64,000 bases of DNA from Prasinococcaceae sp. CCMP 1430 (GCA_013416795.1 RQSC01001045.1:41312-105311), one strand, 5' to 3'; numbered from the stretch's first letter, positions 19,363-30,892 are shown. Made by a program: numbers and translations. Notes: generated by a model not told the origin, from the sequence alone.

Positions 19363-22182
19363 TTAAAAAGTTACGATGGTGATCCCGGCGTGATCCTCCT
19401 GTAGCCAGTACTGCTTGATCCACGAGGTCTTCTGAAGCTTCGCATGCACGGCCTGGCGCATCTTGCCGCTGCCCTGGCCGTGGTTGATGAACAGCGTGGA
19501 GCCGCCCGACGTCGCCACGTCGTTAAGCCATCGATCGATCTCGTCTGCGGCGTCGCTCGGATAGAGCCCGCTACCAGCAAGCATGAGCGTGTTTCGCGTG
19601 GTCCGCGCATCCAGTTTCAGCTCTGTCTCACCGACCCCCATGTCGAAGCCGTCGCCACTGCCGCTGCGCTGCTCGTTGCCGAACGCGCCTGGCGTGCTTT
19701 GCGTGCGCTCGCCCTTGCCCCTGCGGACGGCAGTGATGGCGCCCGACATCTTGCGCATACTCGCCGCGTTTCCATCGCGGGCCGCATTCTGCAGCGCGCG
19801 CCGCTGCTTCCGCGACAGGCCTGCGCCGCCGCCTCTCGCGAGAACTGCGTCCGGGTCCGCCTTCTCGAGCAAGATTTCGCCCATGATGGTGCGTTCGATG
19901 CCAAACTCCTTAGGAAAGAGCTGCCCGACCTCCGCGGCGAACTCATCCGAGGCAAACAAGGCACCGTCAGGGGCGGAGGAGCGAAACTCCTCCAGAACGC
20001 GGTCCACCTCTGCATTCCCCTCGTCTTGCCAGGCGCTGGCCTTGGCGGCGGTGACGTCCTTCATGGCCTCGATGAGCTCCTCGAGTGACGCCATGCCCTC
20101 CTCGAGCGCATACTCGGCCGACTCGCGCGTGCTGTCGGCGTTCGACGCTGACTCGTCACGGGCGCGCTCGGCGGCATCGGCGTCTGCCCGAGCGGCGTCG
20201 CGTGCTGCTGCTGCGGCGGCCGCAGCCTCCTCGGCGGCGTCCGCCAGCGCGCGCTCCTCATCGAGCTCGGCGCGCAGCGGCGCGTAGAGCGCCTCAGCAC
20301 GTCGCTCAGCGGCCTCGCGCGCGCCGACCCCGCCCGCCTCAGCCTCCGCGCGCATCGCCTCAAGCCCCGCCCGCGCATCATCGAGCACATCATCGGGAAG
20401 CACCCCAAGCGCGGCCGCCACAGCAATAGCGTTTGAGGCACCGGCGCCACCCCAGAGCAGCTTGTAGGTCGGGCGTAGCTCCGCGTAGTCGAACTCCACA
20501 GCGGCCGACGCAATGCGCCCTTGCAGCTCTGGCTCCGTAGATAGCATGCGCAGGCGGTCGAAGTGCGTCGTGGCGACGGCGAGACTGCCGCTACGCCCGG
20601 GTCCAGGGGTGCGCTCGCCGGCGGCGTCCCCGCCGGACGTCGACACCCCTGAGGCTCGCCTGCGCAGGAGCGCGTAGGCCAGCGCCGCACCCTCCACCGG
20701 GTCTGTGCCGGAACCGAGCTCATCGCAGAGCAGCAGCGAGGCCGGGACACGCGCAGCGTAGGCCTCCGCCGCCTTGTACCGCGCGAGCTGCCCGGAGAAG
20801 GTACTCAGGTTCTCCCCCAGCGATTGTGCGTCGCCTATCACTGCAAGCACTGCAGGCCATACCGGCACGCGCGCGGCGGCAGCCGGGACGAACATGCCGC
20901 TGCGGGCCATCAGCGCCGCCACCCCCACCGCCTTCAGGCAGGCAGTCTTGCCGCCGGCGTTGGGACCCGATATCACGACGGCGCTTACGTCGGAAGAGAG
21001 CTCCATGTCGAAGGGCACCGGCGGCTGCGGCAGCGCTGACGAAGACGCCGTGTCTGGCGAGTCAGACGCAGCCTCGTCCGCCCCCGCCGCTGGCTCGGAA
21101 GCGCTCGTGTCGCTGCCGCTGCCGCTCGTCGCGGCACGCGCGCGCGCGGATGGCGTGCCGGGCGGCGGCAGCGCCGCCGCTAGCATGAGCGGGTGACGCA
21201 TCCGCTCGAGCCGCAGTGCCTCTTCAGCGTTGGCGGGGTCCACGAGCATGGGCTCGATTGCGCCGACCCACTCTGCGTGCCGCGCGCGCGCCTGCGCGAG
21301 GTCACACAGCTCAATCCACCTTTGCGCGGCGCGCGCCGCGGGTGCGCACGCGTGCACGAGCGTGCCGAGCTCTCGCAGCACTCGCATCTCCTCGGCGTAG
21401 ATCTCGGCTCGCACGCGCTCGAGCGCGTTGTTTATGGCGGTGGCCTCGGCGGTTTCCACGAAGGCGGTCGCGCCTGAGGATGACATCGCCAGCACTGCCG
21501 CGTCGGGGAGCACCGCCCCGCGCCGGTCCTCGCGCACGGCGAGGCACGCGCGTCCGCGGCGCAGCACGACCTCCGCAGCGCGCCCGGGCGTCGCACTGAG
21601 AGGCGCGAGCTCTGCGTGGAGCGCGCGCAGCAGTGCGTCGACCTCGGTGTCGAGAGAGCGCTCCTCCGAGCGCAGCGCGGCGAGTGCCTCCGACGCGTCC
21701 AACTTCAGCGCGCCGCGCGAGTCACGCACCGCCGCGTGCACGGCGGACGCAGCTGCCGCGAGCGCGCTTGCCCCGCCTCCCCCCCCGCCACCGCTGCCGC
21801 CGGCATCGTCGAGGAGCTCCTCGCAGCCCATGCGCTCGAACTGGCGCAGCGCAGACTCGTCGGGAAGCGCCGCTAGGGTCTCGAGCGCGGCAGAGGCGGT
21901 CTCTGCCACGGCCCAAAGCTGCTCTCCCGCCGGCGGAGCGGGCAGGTCGTCGCCCTCCGCTGAGCCCTCCTGTGTTCCCTCCTCCAGCATCGCGCTCTCG
22001 GCGCACCTCTCGCACGCGCGGAGAGCTCCCCCGATGGGAAACGCGCGACTGAGCGCGTCTAACGCCTTAGGATCCGCGGCGAGGACGTCCCTGGCCGAGG
22101 CCGTCTCGCGCATGAGCGCGCGCGCGCCGGCGAGCTCGGTCGCGGCGGGGACGCGCGCCTCGAGCGCCGCGCGCTCGCCCAT
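19363..22182 (-). CDS. MUTS2: MutS2-family ATPase with C-terminal Smr domain (probably plastid); true start probably slightly upstream
   Basis: MRHPLM, VVISGPNAGGKTACLK, IGDAQSLGENLSTFSGQL, LCDELGSGTDPVEGAALA, ATTHF, PTYKLLWGGAGASNA, Smr HGQGSGKMRQAV. Confidence 0.93.
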   Translation of the reverse strand: MGERAALEARVPAATELAGARALMRETASARDVLAADPKALDALSRAFPIGGALRACERCAESAMLEEGTQEGSAEGDDLPAPPAGEQLWAVAETASAALETLAALPDESALRQFERMGCEELLDDAGGSGGGGGGGASALAAAASAVHAAVRDSRGALKLDASEALAALRSEERSLDTEVDALLRALHAELAPLSATPGRAAEVVLRRGRACLAVREDRRGAVLPDAAVLAMSSSGATAFVETAEATAINNALERVRAEIYAEEMRVLRELGTLVHACAPAARAAQRWIELCDLAQARARHAEWVGAIEPMLVDPANAEEALRLERMRHPLMLAAALPPPGTPSARARAATSGSGSDTSASEPAAGADEAASDSPDTASSSALPQPPVPFDMELSSDVSAVVISGPNAGGKTACLKAVGVAALMARSGMFVPAAAARVPVWPAVLAVIGDAQSLGENLSTFSGQLARYKAAEAYAARVPASLLLCDELGSGTDPVEGAALAYALLRRRASGVSTSGGDAAGERTPGPGRSGSLAVATTHFDRLRMLSTEPELQGRIASAAVEFDYAELRPTYKLLWGGAGASNAIAVAAALGVLPDDVLDDARAGLEAMRAEAEAGGVGAREAAERRAEALYAPLRAELDEERALADAAEEAAAAAAAARDAARADADAAERARDESASNADSTRESAEYALEEGMASLEELIEAMKDVTAAKASAWQDEGNAEVDRVLEEFRSSAPDGALFASDEFAAEVGQLFPKEFGIERTIMGEILLEKADPDAVLARGGGAGLSRKQRRALQNAARDGNAASMRKMSGAITAVRRGKGERTQSTPGAFGNEQRSGSGDGFDMGVGETELKLDARTTRNTLMLAGSGLYPSDAADEIDRWLNDVATSGGSTLFINHGQGSGKMRQAVHAKLQKTSWIKQYWLQEDHAGITIVTF

Positions 22183-22297
22183 GGGATTCCACCCTCAACA
22201 TTCCCCTCCCGACGCAACCCTCTGCGCACACACCCACCGCCTGCAGGGCGCCGGCTGCGCGCCGTGTGGCGCACCGCGAGTGCGCCGCAGATAACAC

Positions 22298-22403
22298 CAT
22301 CAAAATGCACGAAAAAACAACGCGTGCGTTTTGACCTCGGCCCTCAGCCTCAGACGCGGAGGCTCACGCAGTGCATTTTGACGTAGACGTGTGCTTTTTG
22401 ATG
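22298..22403. promoter_or_regulatory. CATCAAAATGCA and TTTTGATG motifs between MutS2 and the TALE gene
   Basis: Copies at 22298-22305 and 22396-22403, in opposite orientations. Confidence 0.5.
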
Positions 22404-22972
22404 GAGCGGTGGCTGTGGGTGGCCGGGGCCGAAGGGGTACACACACACACGCGCGGCGAGTCGCGGGCGGGCGCGCGCGGCTGCGCCGGCGCCGCCCGTG
22501 TGTGTGCGTGTGTGTGAGGGGGCGGGGGAAGGGATGGTCGTGGCTCGTTGTAGCGGGCCCGCGCGGGGATCCTGGCGGAAGGGAGAGATGATGGCGGAGG
22601 GGCGGCTTGTCGGCACGCGCGTTGCGCGTTGCGCGCTCCGGTGGGCGCGGTGGCGGTCCGAGCGAGGAGCGGCGAAGGGGCACGGCGCCGGGCGGCGCAC
22701 GCGAGGGCGGTGCAAGGGCGCCAGAGCCACACCACGCGCTGAGCGCGGCGAGATACGGGATCGCACTCGGCGAGGGGCTGCCGCCGCTGTGCGAGGGTGC
22801 GCGAGGGACACCCCAGGCCGCCTCTCGCGCGTAGTGCGCCCGGCAAGCGCCTCCGCAGCGTGTCGCGTGCGCGACGCGAACGTGTGCTCGCGTGGCTTGC
22901 CTGCTATAGCGCGCATTTGGCTCGCCCCTTCCGCGCGCGCGCGACGGAATCTGGCCGCGCTGTGCGCACACC

Positions 22973-24678
22973 ATGGCGGCCGCGATGGGATCTGATTCGC
23001 CCCTCGCGCTCGCGCCCGACCCCCTTGGGCCGCACGGCAGCGCCGAGGACTGCATCGCCCTCGACCCGACGTCCATCGACGTGATGATCTCGGGCGGCGC
23101 CGCCTCGTTCCCTGCGGGCACTTCGGGCGACCCGAGCTTTCTCAGGGACATCGAGGCTTGGCTGGCATCCGGCGGCACGAATGGTAGGCGGCTCATTGCG
23201 GCGCAGCGCACGCACAGTCCTGCTTCGTTCCTCGCATCACGATGTCGTCGTTCTGTGCCAGCTGTGCTTGCCTTGGCGAGCACCCATCCCCAACGCACGC
23301 GCTGACTCACTATGCGCCGCGCGAATTTCACTCCGGCCCGCCTGCAGGCGGCTGTAGCGGCCTGACGGACATGGTCAACGCCATGAGCACCGAACAGCTC
23401 ATCGGAGCGGACGTGGACGCGCTGTTGGCCGACGGTGACGGGCCGGGCGGCATGTCCCTCGCAGGCTGCGCCAAAAAGGGCCTCGGTGCTCCCCTAGCGC
23501 CGCCCACGCCGCCCACGCAGGCTGGAGGTGGCAGCCCCGGCAGCGCGCCCTGCCTGGCGGGCAGCATGCAGCAGCACAGGCCAGAGCACAGCCACAGCAC
23601 GCAGCCACTGACGAATGAGACCAACACCCTATCTGGAGGCGGAGCAACCACCAACAACGACACCAGCGCGCTGGTCGACGTCTCCCCAAACGCGCGCGAC
23701 AAGCCCCCGCCCGCCGACGGCGGCGCGACACGCGGCGAAGGCTCGCGCGCGCGCGCGTTGCTGTACGGGGCCGCAGCAGGCGAGCTTGGCGAGGCGTGCG
23801 TGCGCGAGGCCTCGCGCGTGGCGGCACGCGCGGCGGCGTACGCGGGCGTGGGGGACGCCGACACGGCACTGCGCAGCGAGATTTCTTCGGTGCTTTCGCA
23901 GCGCGGGGCGAGCGTGGCCGTCGCGGCGGCCGTGGGCGAGTGCGATCGCTCGCGCAGGTGCGAGGAGCTGGTGCCGCCCTCATTACGTCGTCCGCTACGA
24001 GCGCTGCACGCGCGGCGCGCCGAGTACATGGATCTGCTCTCGGCGGTGACCAACGCCCGGGAGCGCGCGCTGGCAGCCCTGCGCCACGGCACCTCCTCCG
24101 CGCCCGCGGTGGTCGTGAAGGCGCGCGGGGCGCGCGCGGCGCTGCGGCAGCGGTACGACGCTGTATGCGAGCGCCTGGCCGCACAGTTCCGGAAGCTGGC
24201 CAACGAGGTCCTGCCGACCGACATCGTGCGCATACACAGGAATGCCACGCCACCCGCACTGGAGAAGGCCGCTTACAAGAGGCTCCAGGCGAGCGCCTGG
24301 GCGTCGGCGGCTGAGGCGGCGTGTCCGCCCGCGGAGGGCACCCCTGCTGCCGGCGGCGACGCCCGCAGCACCACCCCTTCCGGACAGCACGGCACCGACG
24401 TGCTCAAGCGCTGGATGGTGGAAAACGTCATTGACCCGCACCCCAGTCGGCGGACCAAGGAGATGCTCGTCGAGCAGACCGGCCTCAGCGTGCACCAGGT
24501 GAGCGACTGGTTCGTCAACGCCCGCCAGCGCGTGTGGAAGCCCTTCATCGAGCGGCTGTGTGCGGAACTCGCCAGCGAGGGCTGCGTGGGCGGCGGGTCC
24601 GGTGCGGCTTCGCCCGGCGACGACAGCGCATACACGTGGGACAGCGCCGACGCGAGCGGCGGCCTCTCCGAGGAGTGA
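22973..24678 (+). CDS. TALE-class homeobox transcription factor (non-KNOX, BELL-like homeodomain); intron 23184-23347
   Basis: DVLKRWMVENVIDPHPSRRTKEMLVEQTGLSVHQVSDWFVNARQRVWKP shows the TALE three-residue loop and a WFxNARxRxWKP helix 3. An upstream amphipathic helical region is present. Confidence 0.88.
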
Positions 24679-24787
24679 TCGCCGCGTCGCAGCCGGGCAG
24701 TTGCTCCGCCCAGGCTTGCCTGCTCCGCGCACCAGCTGCTTCCAGCTCCGAACGAAGGGAGCGAGACTCTCTCTCTAGCTTAGCTAC

Positions 24788-25063
24788 CTAGAAGTGTTCG
24801 AAGGCCTTGAGCGCCTCGTCAGGCGTTTGTGTCGGCTCTGTGTCCTCGACGTCCATGCGGTCGATGTAGTAGCCATTGGATGTGCCAAGAGGGACCTTCC
24901 TCACCGTCCAGCACGGACCTGTGCTGTGCGTCGACGTCGCCGGCGACGAGCGCCACCGCGCCAGTGCATCCTGCTCTCGCACCAACCAAACGAGGTTCTG
25001 GTCGGGAGTGCTGAGGTCAGTCCCAGTCGTTACTTCCGAAGCTGAAGCCGGGGACAATAAACC
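24788..25063 (-). CDS. Terminal exon of an unidentified gene (upstream exons not found)
   Basis: T-rich ...TACAG acceptor at 25064-25066. Open frame with GC3-biased codons ending YYIDRMDVEDTEPTQTPDEALKAFEHF*. Confidence 0.45.
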   Translation of the reverse strand, partial: GLLSPASASEVTTGTDLSTPDQNLVWLVREQDALARWRSSPATSTHSTGPCWTVRKVPLGTSNGYYIDRMDVEDTEPTQTPDEALKAFEHF

Positions 25064-25195
25064 CTGTACGCAAAACCTTAAGTAAAATTGCGAGTGGCGT
25101 GTGCGCGCGCACGAACGGATCGCGTGTGCGCGTGTGGCATAGCGCGCGCGCGCACACACACACGTGCGTGCGTGTGCGTGTGTGTGCGTGTGTGC

Positions 25196-25226
<31 letters not shown>

Positions 25227-25411
25227 CGTGTGTGTGTGTGCGTGTGTGTGTGTGCGTGTGTGCGCGCGTGTGTGCGCGCGCGCGTTCGCGCGCGCGCGCA
25301 GGGGATCTCGCCATGCTCTCGCGTGCGCCCCCCTGCGCGCACACACACACGGGCACGCGCACACGCACGCGCACGCGCACACGCACGCGCACACACGCGT
25401 GCGCGCGCGCG

Positions 25412-25885
25412 CGCGCGGAGGCGCGCGACGCGTACGTCCTCTCTCAGATCCTCCGCCCCTTCCGCGCCTCCTCGGAAGGCGAGGTGGAGGAGCACCTGCT
25501 GCACCGCTTCGCCGCGGCGCGGCGGAGGGAGCTGCTGCCGCGCACGCCGCTGCTGTACGCGTACGAGTACACGGCGGGCAACGACGCGCTGGGCTTCAAG
25601 GGGGACCTGCTGCTGTGGGACGGGGGGAGGGAGGTGCGTGCGGGCGCGCATGCACACACACGTACACACACACACACACACGCGCGCACGCGCGCGCACA
25701 CACACACCGTCAGCGCAGCGGCTGACGCTCACACCGCCTCGTTCGCCCGTGCTGTTCGCGCAGTTCGTCGCGCTCGAGGTGAAGGTGGTGGAGGCGGGCA
25801 ACGCGAACTTCCGCGCGAAGCGCCTCGCCAAGGTCTGTGTGTATGTGCTCGTGTGTGTGTGTGTGTATGTATGTGTGTGTGTGTA

Positions 25886-25934
<49 letters not shown>

Positions 25935-26258
25935 GTGTGCATACGAGCGCGCGCGCGCGCCCGCGTGTGTTTGTGCACGCGCGTGCGCACACACACATAC
26001 GCTGACGCGAGCGGCGCGCCCCTCACTCCCCCAACATACACACACACACAGGTGGCGTCACAGGCGCGCGCCGCTGAGGTGATGGCGCTGCACTACCTGG
26101 CGCTGGAGTGCGAGGCCGAGGTGCCGCTGTGCGCACAGGACGCGCAGCGGCCGCCGGGCGCGGCGCCGCCAGAGGACGAGGGCGCGCTCGCAGCGTACGG
26201 ATACGAAGGTGCGCGCGCAAACACACACACACACACACACACATTGATGGCACACACT

Positions 26259-26317
<59 letters not shown>

Positions 26318-26318
26318 N

Positions 26319-26379
<61 letters not shown>

Positions 26380-26676
26380 GCTGACTCGCGCGCCGCAACG
26401 TGCCACACCACCACCACCCTGCGCCCCTCTTCCCCTCCCGCAGACGCCATGCCGCGCGTCCGCGCCGGCGTCCTCACCGACGCCTTCGCGCCGGAGCACA
26501 GCGGCTGGCTGCTGCCCGCGGCGGGGGGCCACGCGGACGACCTCCCGGCGCTCGCGGACGGCCTCAGGGCGGAGTACGAGGAGCACCGAGGCGGCATCAG
26601 GCTGCGGAAGAAGAGGCACAGATTCCACGTCTCCGGCGAGGGTTTCTTCGACGCGGACGGCGCCATATGCGTGTGA
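25412..26676 (+). CDS. PD-(D/E)xK restriction-endonuclease-like protein, at least 4 exons (about 25412-25633, 25764-25832, 26052-26208, 26444-26676); 5' end unresolved
   Basis: Spliced product PLLYAYEY...[14 protein letters not shown]|FVALEVK...KRLAK|VASQA. All three introns are canonical GT-AG and phases are compatible (0,0,1). Confidence 0.65.
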
Positions 26677-26832
26677 TTCCGAATCGCATCCATCCAACAC
26701 TCGCGCTCCGTGTACGCGCTGGCGTGTGTGTGTGTTGTGTGTGTGTGTGTGCATGCTCTTGTGCGTGTGCCTGTGTGTGTGCCTCTGTGTGTGTGTGTGT
26801 GCCTGTGTGTGTGCCTCTGCGTATGTGTGTGC

Positions 26833-26867
<35 letters not shown>

Positions 26868-26909
26868 TGTGTGCCTCTGTCTGTGTGTATGTGTGTGTAT
26901 GTGTGTGTC

Positions 26910-27018
<109 letters not shown>

Positions 27019-27436
27019 GTGTGTGTGTGTGTGTGTACGTGTAGGTGTGTGTGTGCGCGCGTGAGCGCACACCCGCGTGCGCGTACACACATGTGCGAAC
27101 CTTCACGTCTGCGAGCTAGCAACGCACGAGCGGCGCGAGATGGTTTTTGGGTACTGTGCAACCGCTGTTTTTTTTTTCTATTTGAGGTAGGGTTAATGAT
27201 TTCGTTGTGCCATATCAAAACGAATGCGCTGAGCGCGCGCGAGCGGCGGCGCGCGCCACACCGCACGCGTGGCACTCGCCCCGCCACCACCACCACCACC
27301 GCACGCACGCACGCACGCACGCGCGCGCGCGCGCGCGGGTGTCCCGCCCTGTGGCTGCCGGCGCAGGCGGGCAGATCGGCGCCGTGCCCACCACCGCCAC
27401 CCCGCGCGCGCTCCCTCGCGCGTGCGGCGGCGCGAG

Positions 27437-29403
27437 ATGTTCAAGAAGAGCACGCAGACCAAGGAGCAGGGGCGGCATAAGCTGGGAGGATCGGACGTCA
27501 AGCGGCTGCGCGCGGACCTCGCCAAGCAGTACCCCGACCTCGCGGCGGACGATAAGGCGGCGCTCGATGCGCTTCTCCCCAAGAAGGCCGACGGTGAGCT
27601 GCTCTCTCTCTCACTCACTCTCTCTCGCACTCTTTCTCACTCTCTCCTGCGCGCGCCCGAGCTCCCCCGCCGATGATCGGCGCTCCTGCCGATCGCGCGC
27701 TGACGCTGCCGACGCCCGCGCCCGTGGCCGCAGTCACCGTGCTCAAGCTTGCCAACAAATCGTACGTGTACGTCTGCGGCTACGGCACCCCCGATGCGAC
27801 GCCGCTCTTCTTCGATCCGGACGGCCGCGGCGAGCTCTACCCGACGCTCTACGCGTGCTGGCGCTTCGCCGACGCCGACAGGCGCGGCGCCCGGCCGCTG
27901 CTGCTGCCCCCGCTGCCGACGCACTCCGAGGTGTCCCCCAAGGTGCTCGGCGGCGCCGATCTGATGTTGCCGGGGCTCAAGCTCCCGGCCGCGGGCCTCG
28001 ATGCGCTCGGAGAGTGGGACGCCGGCTCCAAGCGCGTCGTGGTCATCCCAGAGAATCCGTACGCGTTCGCCGTCGGCCGCATGGAGGTCAGCTCGGAGGA
28101 CGCCGCGGGGTCGGGGCTCAAGGGGAAAGGCATCAAGACGATGCACTACTTCGGCGACCTGCTGTGGGAGATGGGCGACAAGTCGCGGCCGCACGAGAGC
28201 TTCACCATCGAGCGCGTCTTTCCCATCGACGCGGTGGCACCAGAGGCGGAGGCGGAGGCGGAGGCGGAGGCGGATGCCGGAGCGGGGCCAGGGGCGGGGG
28301 CGGGGCCGGAGGGTGGCGGAGCGGCGGACGAGGCTCGCGGCGGGGAGGCCGCGGAGGCGGGCCCCGGCGCGTCCCAGGAGGAGGAGGCCGCGCCCGCCGC
28401 GGACCTCGATGGCCGCGACCTGTGCGAGGTGATCTTCGTGCGCGCGCTCGCCGCGCTGCCCGACGCCGACCTCCCCGTGATGGTGTCGAACTTCTGGAGC
28501 AAGTCGGTGCTGCCCATGCGCCCCGAGGGCACCACGCTGGACATCAAGCAGTCGCCCTTCAAGAAGATCTCCAAGCTGGTGTCGGCGCTGCAAAAGAAGA
28601 AGGTGCTCAAGTGCAAGCTCGTGCGCAAGGAGGAGCACATCGTGGCGGTCGACCGCGCGCACCCGGACATCGCGCGCGCGCAGGCGGGCGCCGCCACCGC
28701 CGCAGCCGCGGAGGGCGCGGGCGGCGGCGCGAGGAAGGGCGCAGGGGGCGGCGGCGCGGCCACCATCGAGGTGGAAACGCTCTTCAAGCCGACCTCCAAC
28801 CTGCGGCCCATCTTCGCCGGCAGCGCGGCCACGGGCGAGGGCCGCGACGCGATGTACTCGGCCGAGCAAGTGAGGGCCGCGCTCGGCGCTTACTGCACGC
28901 GCGAGGAGCTTTTCACGACCGAGGGTTCGGAGAGGGAGCTCAAGCTCGACCAGCAGCTGGCGTCGCAGCTGTATGGCAAGAAGGAGCCGCAGGCGGCGGG
29001 CGACACCGAGGCGGAGGACAGGCTGCTGGAGCGCCTGATGGGCAAGCTGACCGTCCACAGCCGCGTGGTGCGCACCTTCGGCGCGCAGCGCGAGGAGAGC
29101 CTCCGCAAGGGCAGGCTCGAGCCCATCCTCGTGACGGCGGAGGACCGCCACAAGGGGCGCAAGTTCACCACCAAGGTCACCGGCCTCGAGGCCTTCGGCA
29201 TCGTCCCGAACAGCCTGGCGTCGGACCTCAAGTCCAAGCTGAGCATGGGCGCCAGCGTGGGCAAGGACCTCGCCAAGTCCAAGCACGACGACAGCATGGA
29301 GGTGGCGCTGCAGGGCAACGTCATCAACGAGGTGGTGGACTTTTTGCGCAAGGAGTACGGCGTGCCCACCAAGCACATCAAAACGCAGAGCCGATGCAAA
29401 TAA
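27437..29403 (+). CDS. EIF2D: Translation initiation factor eIF2D/ligatin (PUA, SWIB-like, SUI1 domains); intron about 27594-27733
   Basis: MFKK...KLGGSDVKRLR, LYPTLYACW, SEVSPKVLGGADLMLPG, LDIKQSPFKKISKL, and SUI1 EDRHKGRKFTTKVTGLEAFGIVP..LASDLKSKL...EVALQGN. Confidence 0.93.
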
Positions 29404-29522
29404 AGACATGGTACAGTTACACGAGGCGCCCGCGCGCGTGCGTGCGTGTGTGCATGTGTGCGCGCGCGCTCGCATACACGAATGTGTGTGTGCGTTTGCG
29501 CGCGCGCGCGTGCCGGCGCGCG

Positions 29523-29773
29523 TCAGCGCCCGGTCTGTATGTCCTTCATGTCGACCAGCCAGTGCGTGCCCAGCTCGGCGGCGAACGAGTCCACCGCCGC
29601 CAGCGCCAGCATCGTCACCCACCACGCCCAGTCGTCGGGGCACGCGCCCGACACCGCGCACGTGAGCGCCCAGTGCACCACGCACAGCGTGCACGAGTAG
29701 TCCCACGCGCGCCGCGAGGAGCGGCACACGTAGATGGTGAGCAGGTTGGACAGCAGGAAGGACAACACCAGGC
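29523..29773 (-). CDS. Terminal exon of a SYS1/TMEM244-like Golgi membrane protein (5' exons absent)
   Basis: VLSFLLSNLLTIYVCRSSRRAWDYSCTLCVVHWALTCAVSGACPDDWAWWVTM follows the WD(Y/F)...H....P..W.WW pattern. CCAG acceptor at 29774-29777. Confidence 0.65.
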
Positions 29774-29883
29774 CTGGCGCCGGGGCGCGCCGCGCGCGTG
29801 CACGTGGGGCGCGCGCGCGGAGACGACTCGGCGTGTCAGCGCGCCAGCATGTGTGTGTGTGTGTGTGTGTGTGCGTGTGTGTG

Positions 29884-29949
<66 letters not shown>

Positions 29950-30077
29950 TGTGTGTGTGTGCGTGTGTGTGTGTGTGTGGCGCTGTGTGTGCGTGTGCGT
30001 ATGTGTGCGCTCGCGCGCCAACGCTCATACATGCACGCACGCTCACGCACACGCGCGTGCATACACACACACGCGCC

Positions 30078-30359
30078 GCCGCGGGGGCAAAGGGGGCCGC
30101 CGCGGCCGAGCTTGTGCCGCTGGCGACGCTGGGCGGACACTCCGGCTGGGTGACGGCGCTCGACGCCGCGGCCGTCGCCGGTGCGGACGCGGACGAGGAC
30201 GCGGACGCGGACGCGGACGTGCTCTCCGAGACGGAGGCGGAGAGGGACGTGCTGCTGGTGTCGGCCTCGCAGGACAGGACGGCGCGCGTGTGGCGCATCC
30301 GCCGCGCGGAGCAGCGCGCGGAGCACGCGGGCATGCGCGCCGACGCGGGGGCGGAGGAG
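30078..30359 (+). CDS. Isolated WD40-repeat exon (resembles an ELP2 blade)
   Basis: LATLGGHSGWVTALD...LLVSASQDRTARVWRI has the GH...WD-type spacing. GTGCGC donor at 30360. Confidence 0.65.
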
Positions 30360-30593
30360 GTGCGCCCTCGCGGCGCGCCTCGGCAGCGCGCGCGAGCGTT
30401 CGCCGGTGTATGTGCGTGTGTTTGTCGGCTGCACACACACACACGCGGACTGACACACACGCACACACACACACGCACACATTCACAAACACAAACACAC
30501 ACGAACACACACACACACGCACACACACACACACGCACGGACCACACACACACACACACACACGCACAAATTCACAAACACACACACATACAC

Positions 30594-30665
<72 letters not shown>

Positions 30666-30733
30666 GCGAACACGCACGCACACGCATACGCGTTTCTCGC
30701 GCTCCCTCGCGGTGTGTCTCCCGCACGGCGCAG

Positions 30734-30892
30734 GTGCGCGTGATCGAGGCGGCGCAGCGCGTGGCGGTCTTCGACGACGCGCTGGGCGACGCGGCGGCCG
30801 AGGCGTCGCTGCGCGCGCTGGCGGACGCCGGCGCGGCGCGCCAGCCCGCGGCGGTGTACCGCTACGAGCTCAGGCTCACGCGACGCGCTTGA
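30734..30892 (+). CDS. Terminal exon of an unidentified gene
   Basis: CGCAG acceptor at 30733; [52 protein letters not shown] with strong GC3 bias. Confidence 0.5.
   Translation: MRVIEAAQRVAVFDDALGDAAAEASLRALADAGAARQPAAVYRYELRLTRRA

Noticed and set aside
25400-26676. Endogenous giant-virus or transposon insertion around the nuclease-like gene
   Set aside because: No capsid, polymerase, packaging ATPase, transposase, RT, terminal repeat or target-site duplication is visible, and the neighbours are housekeeping genes.
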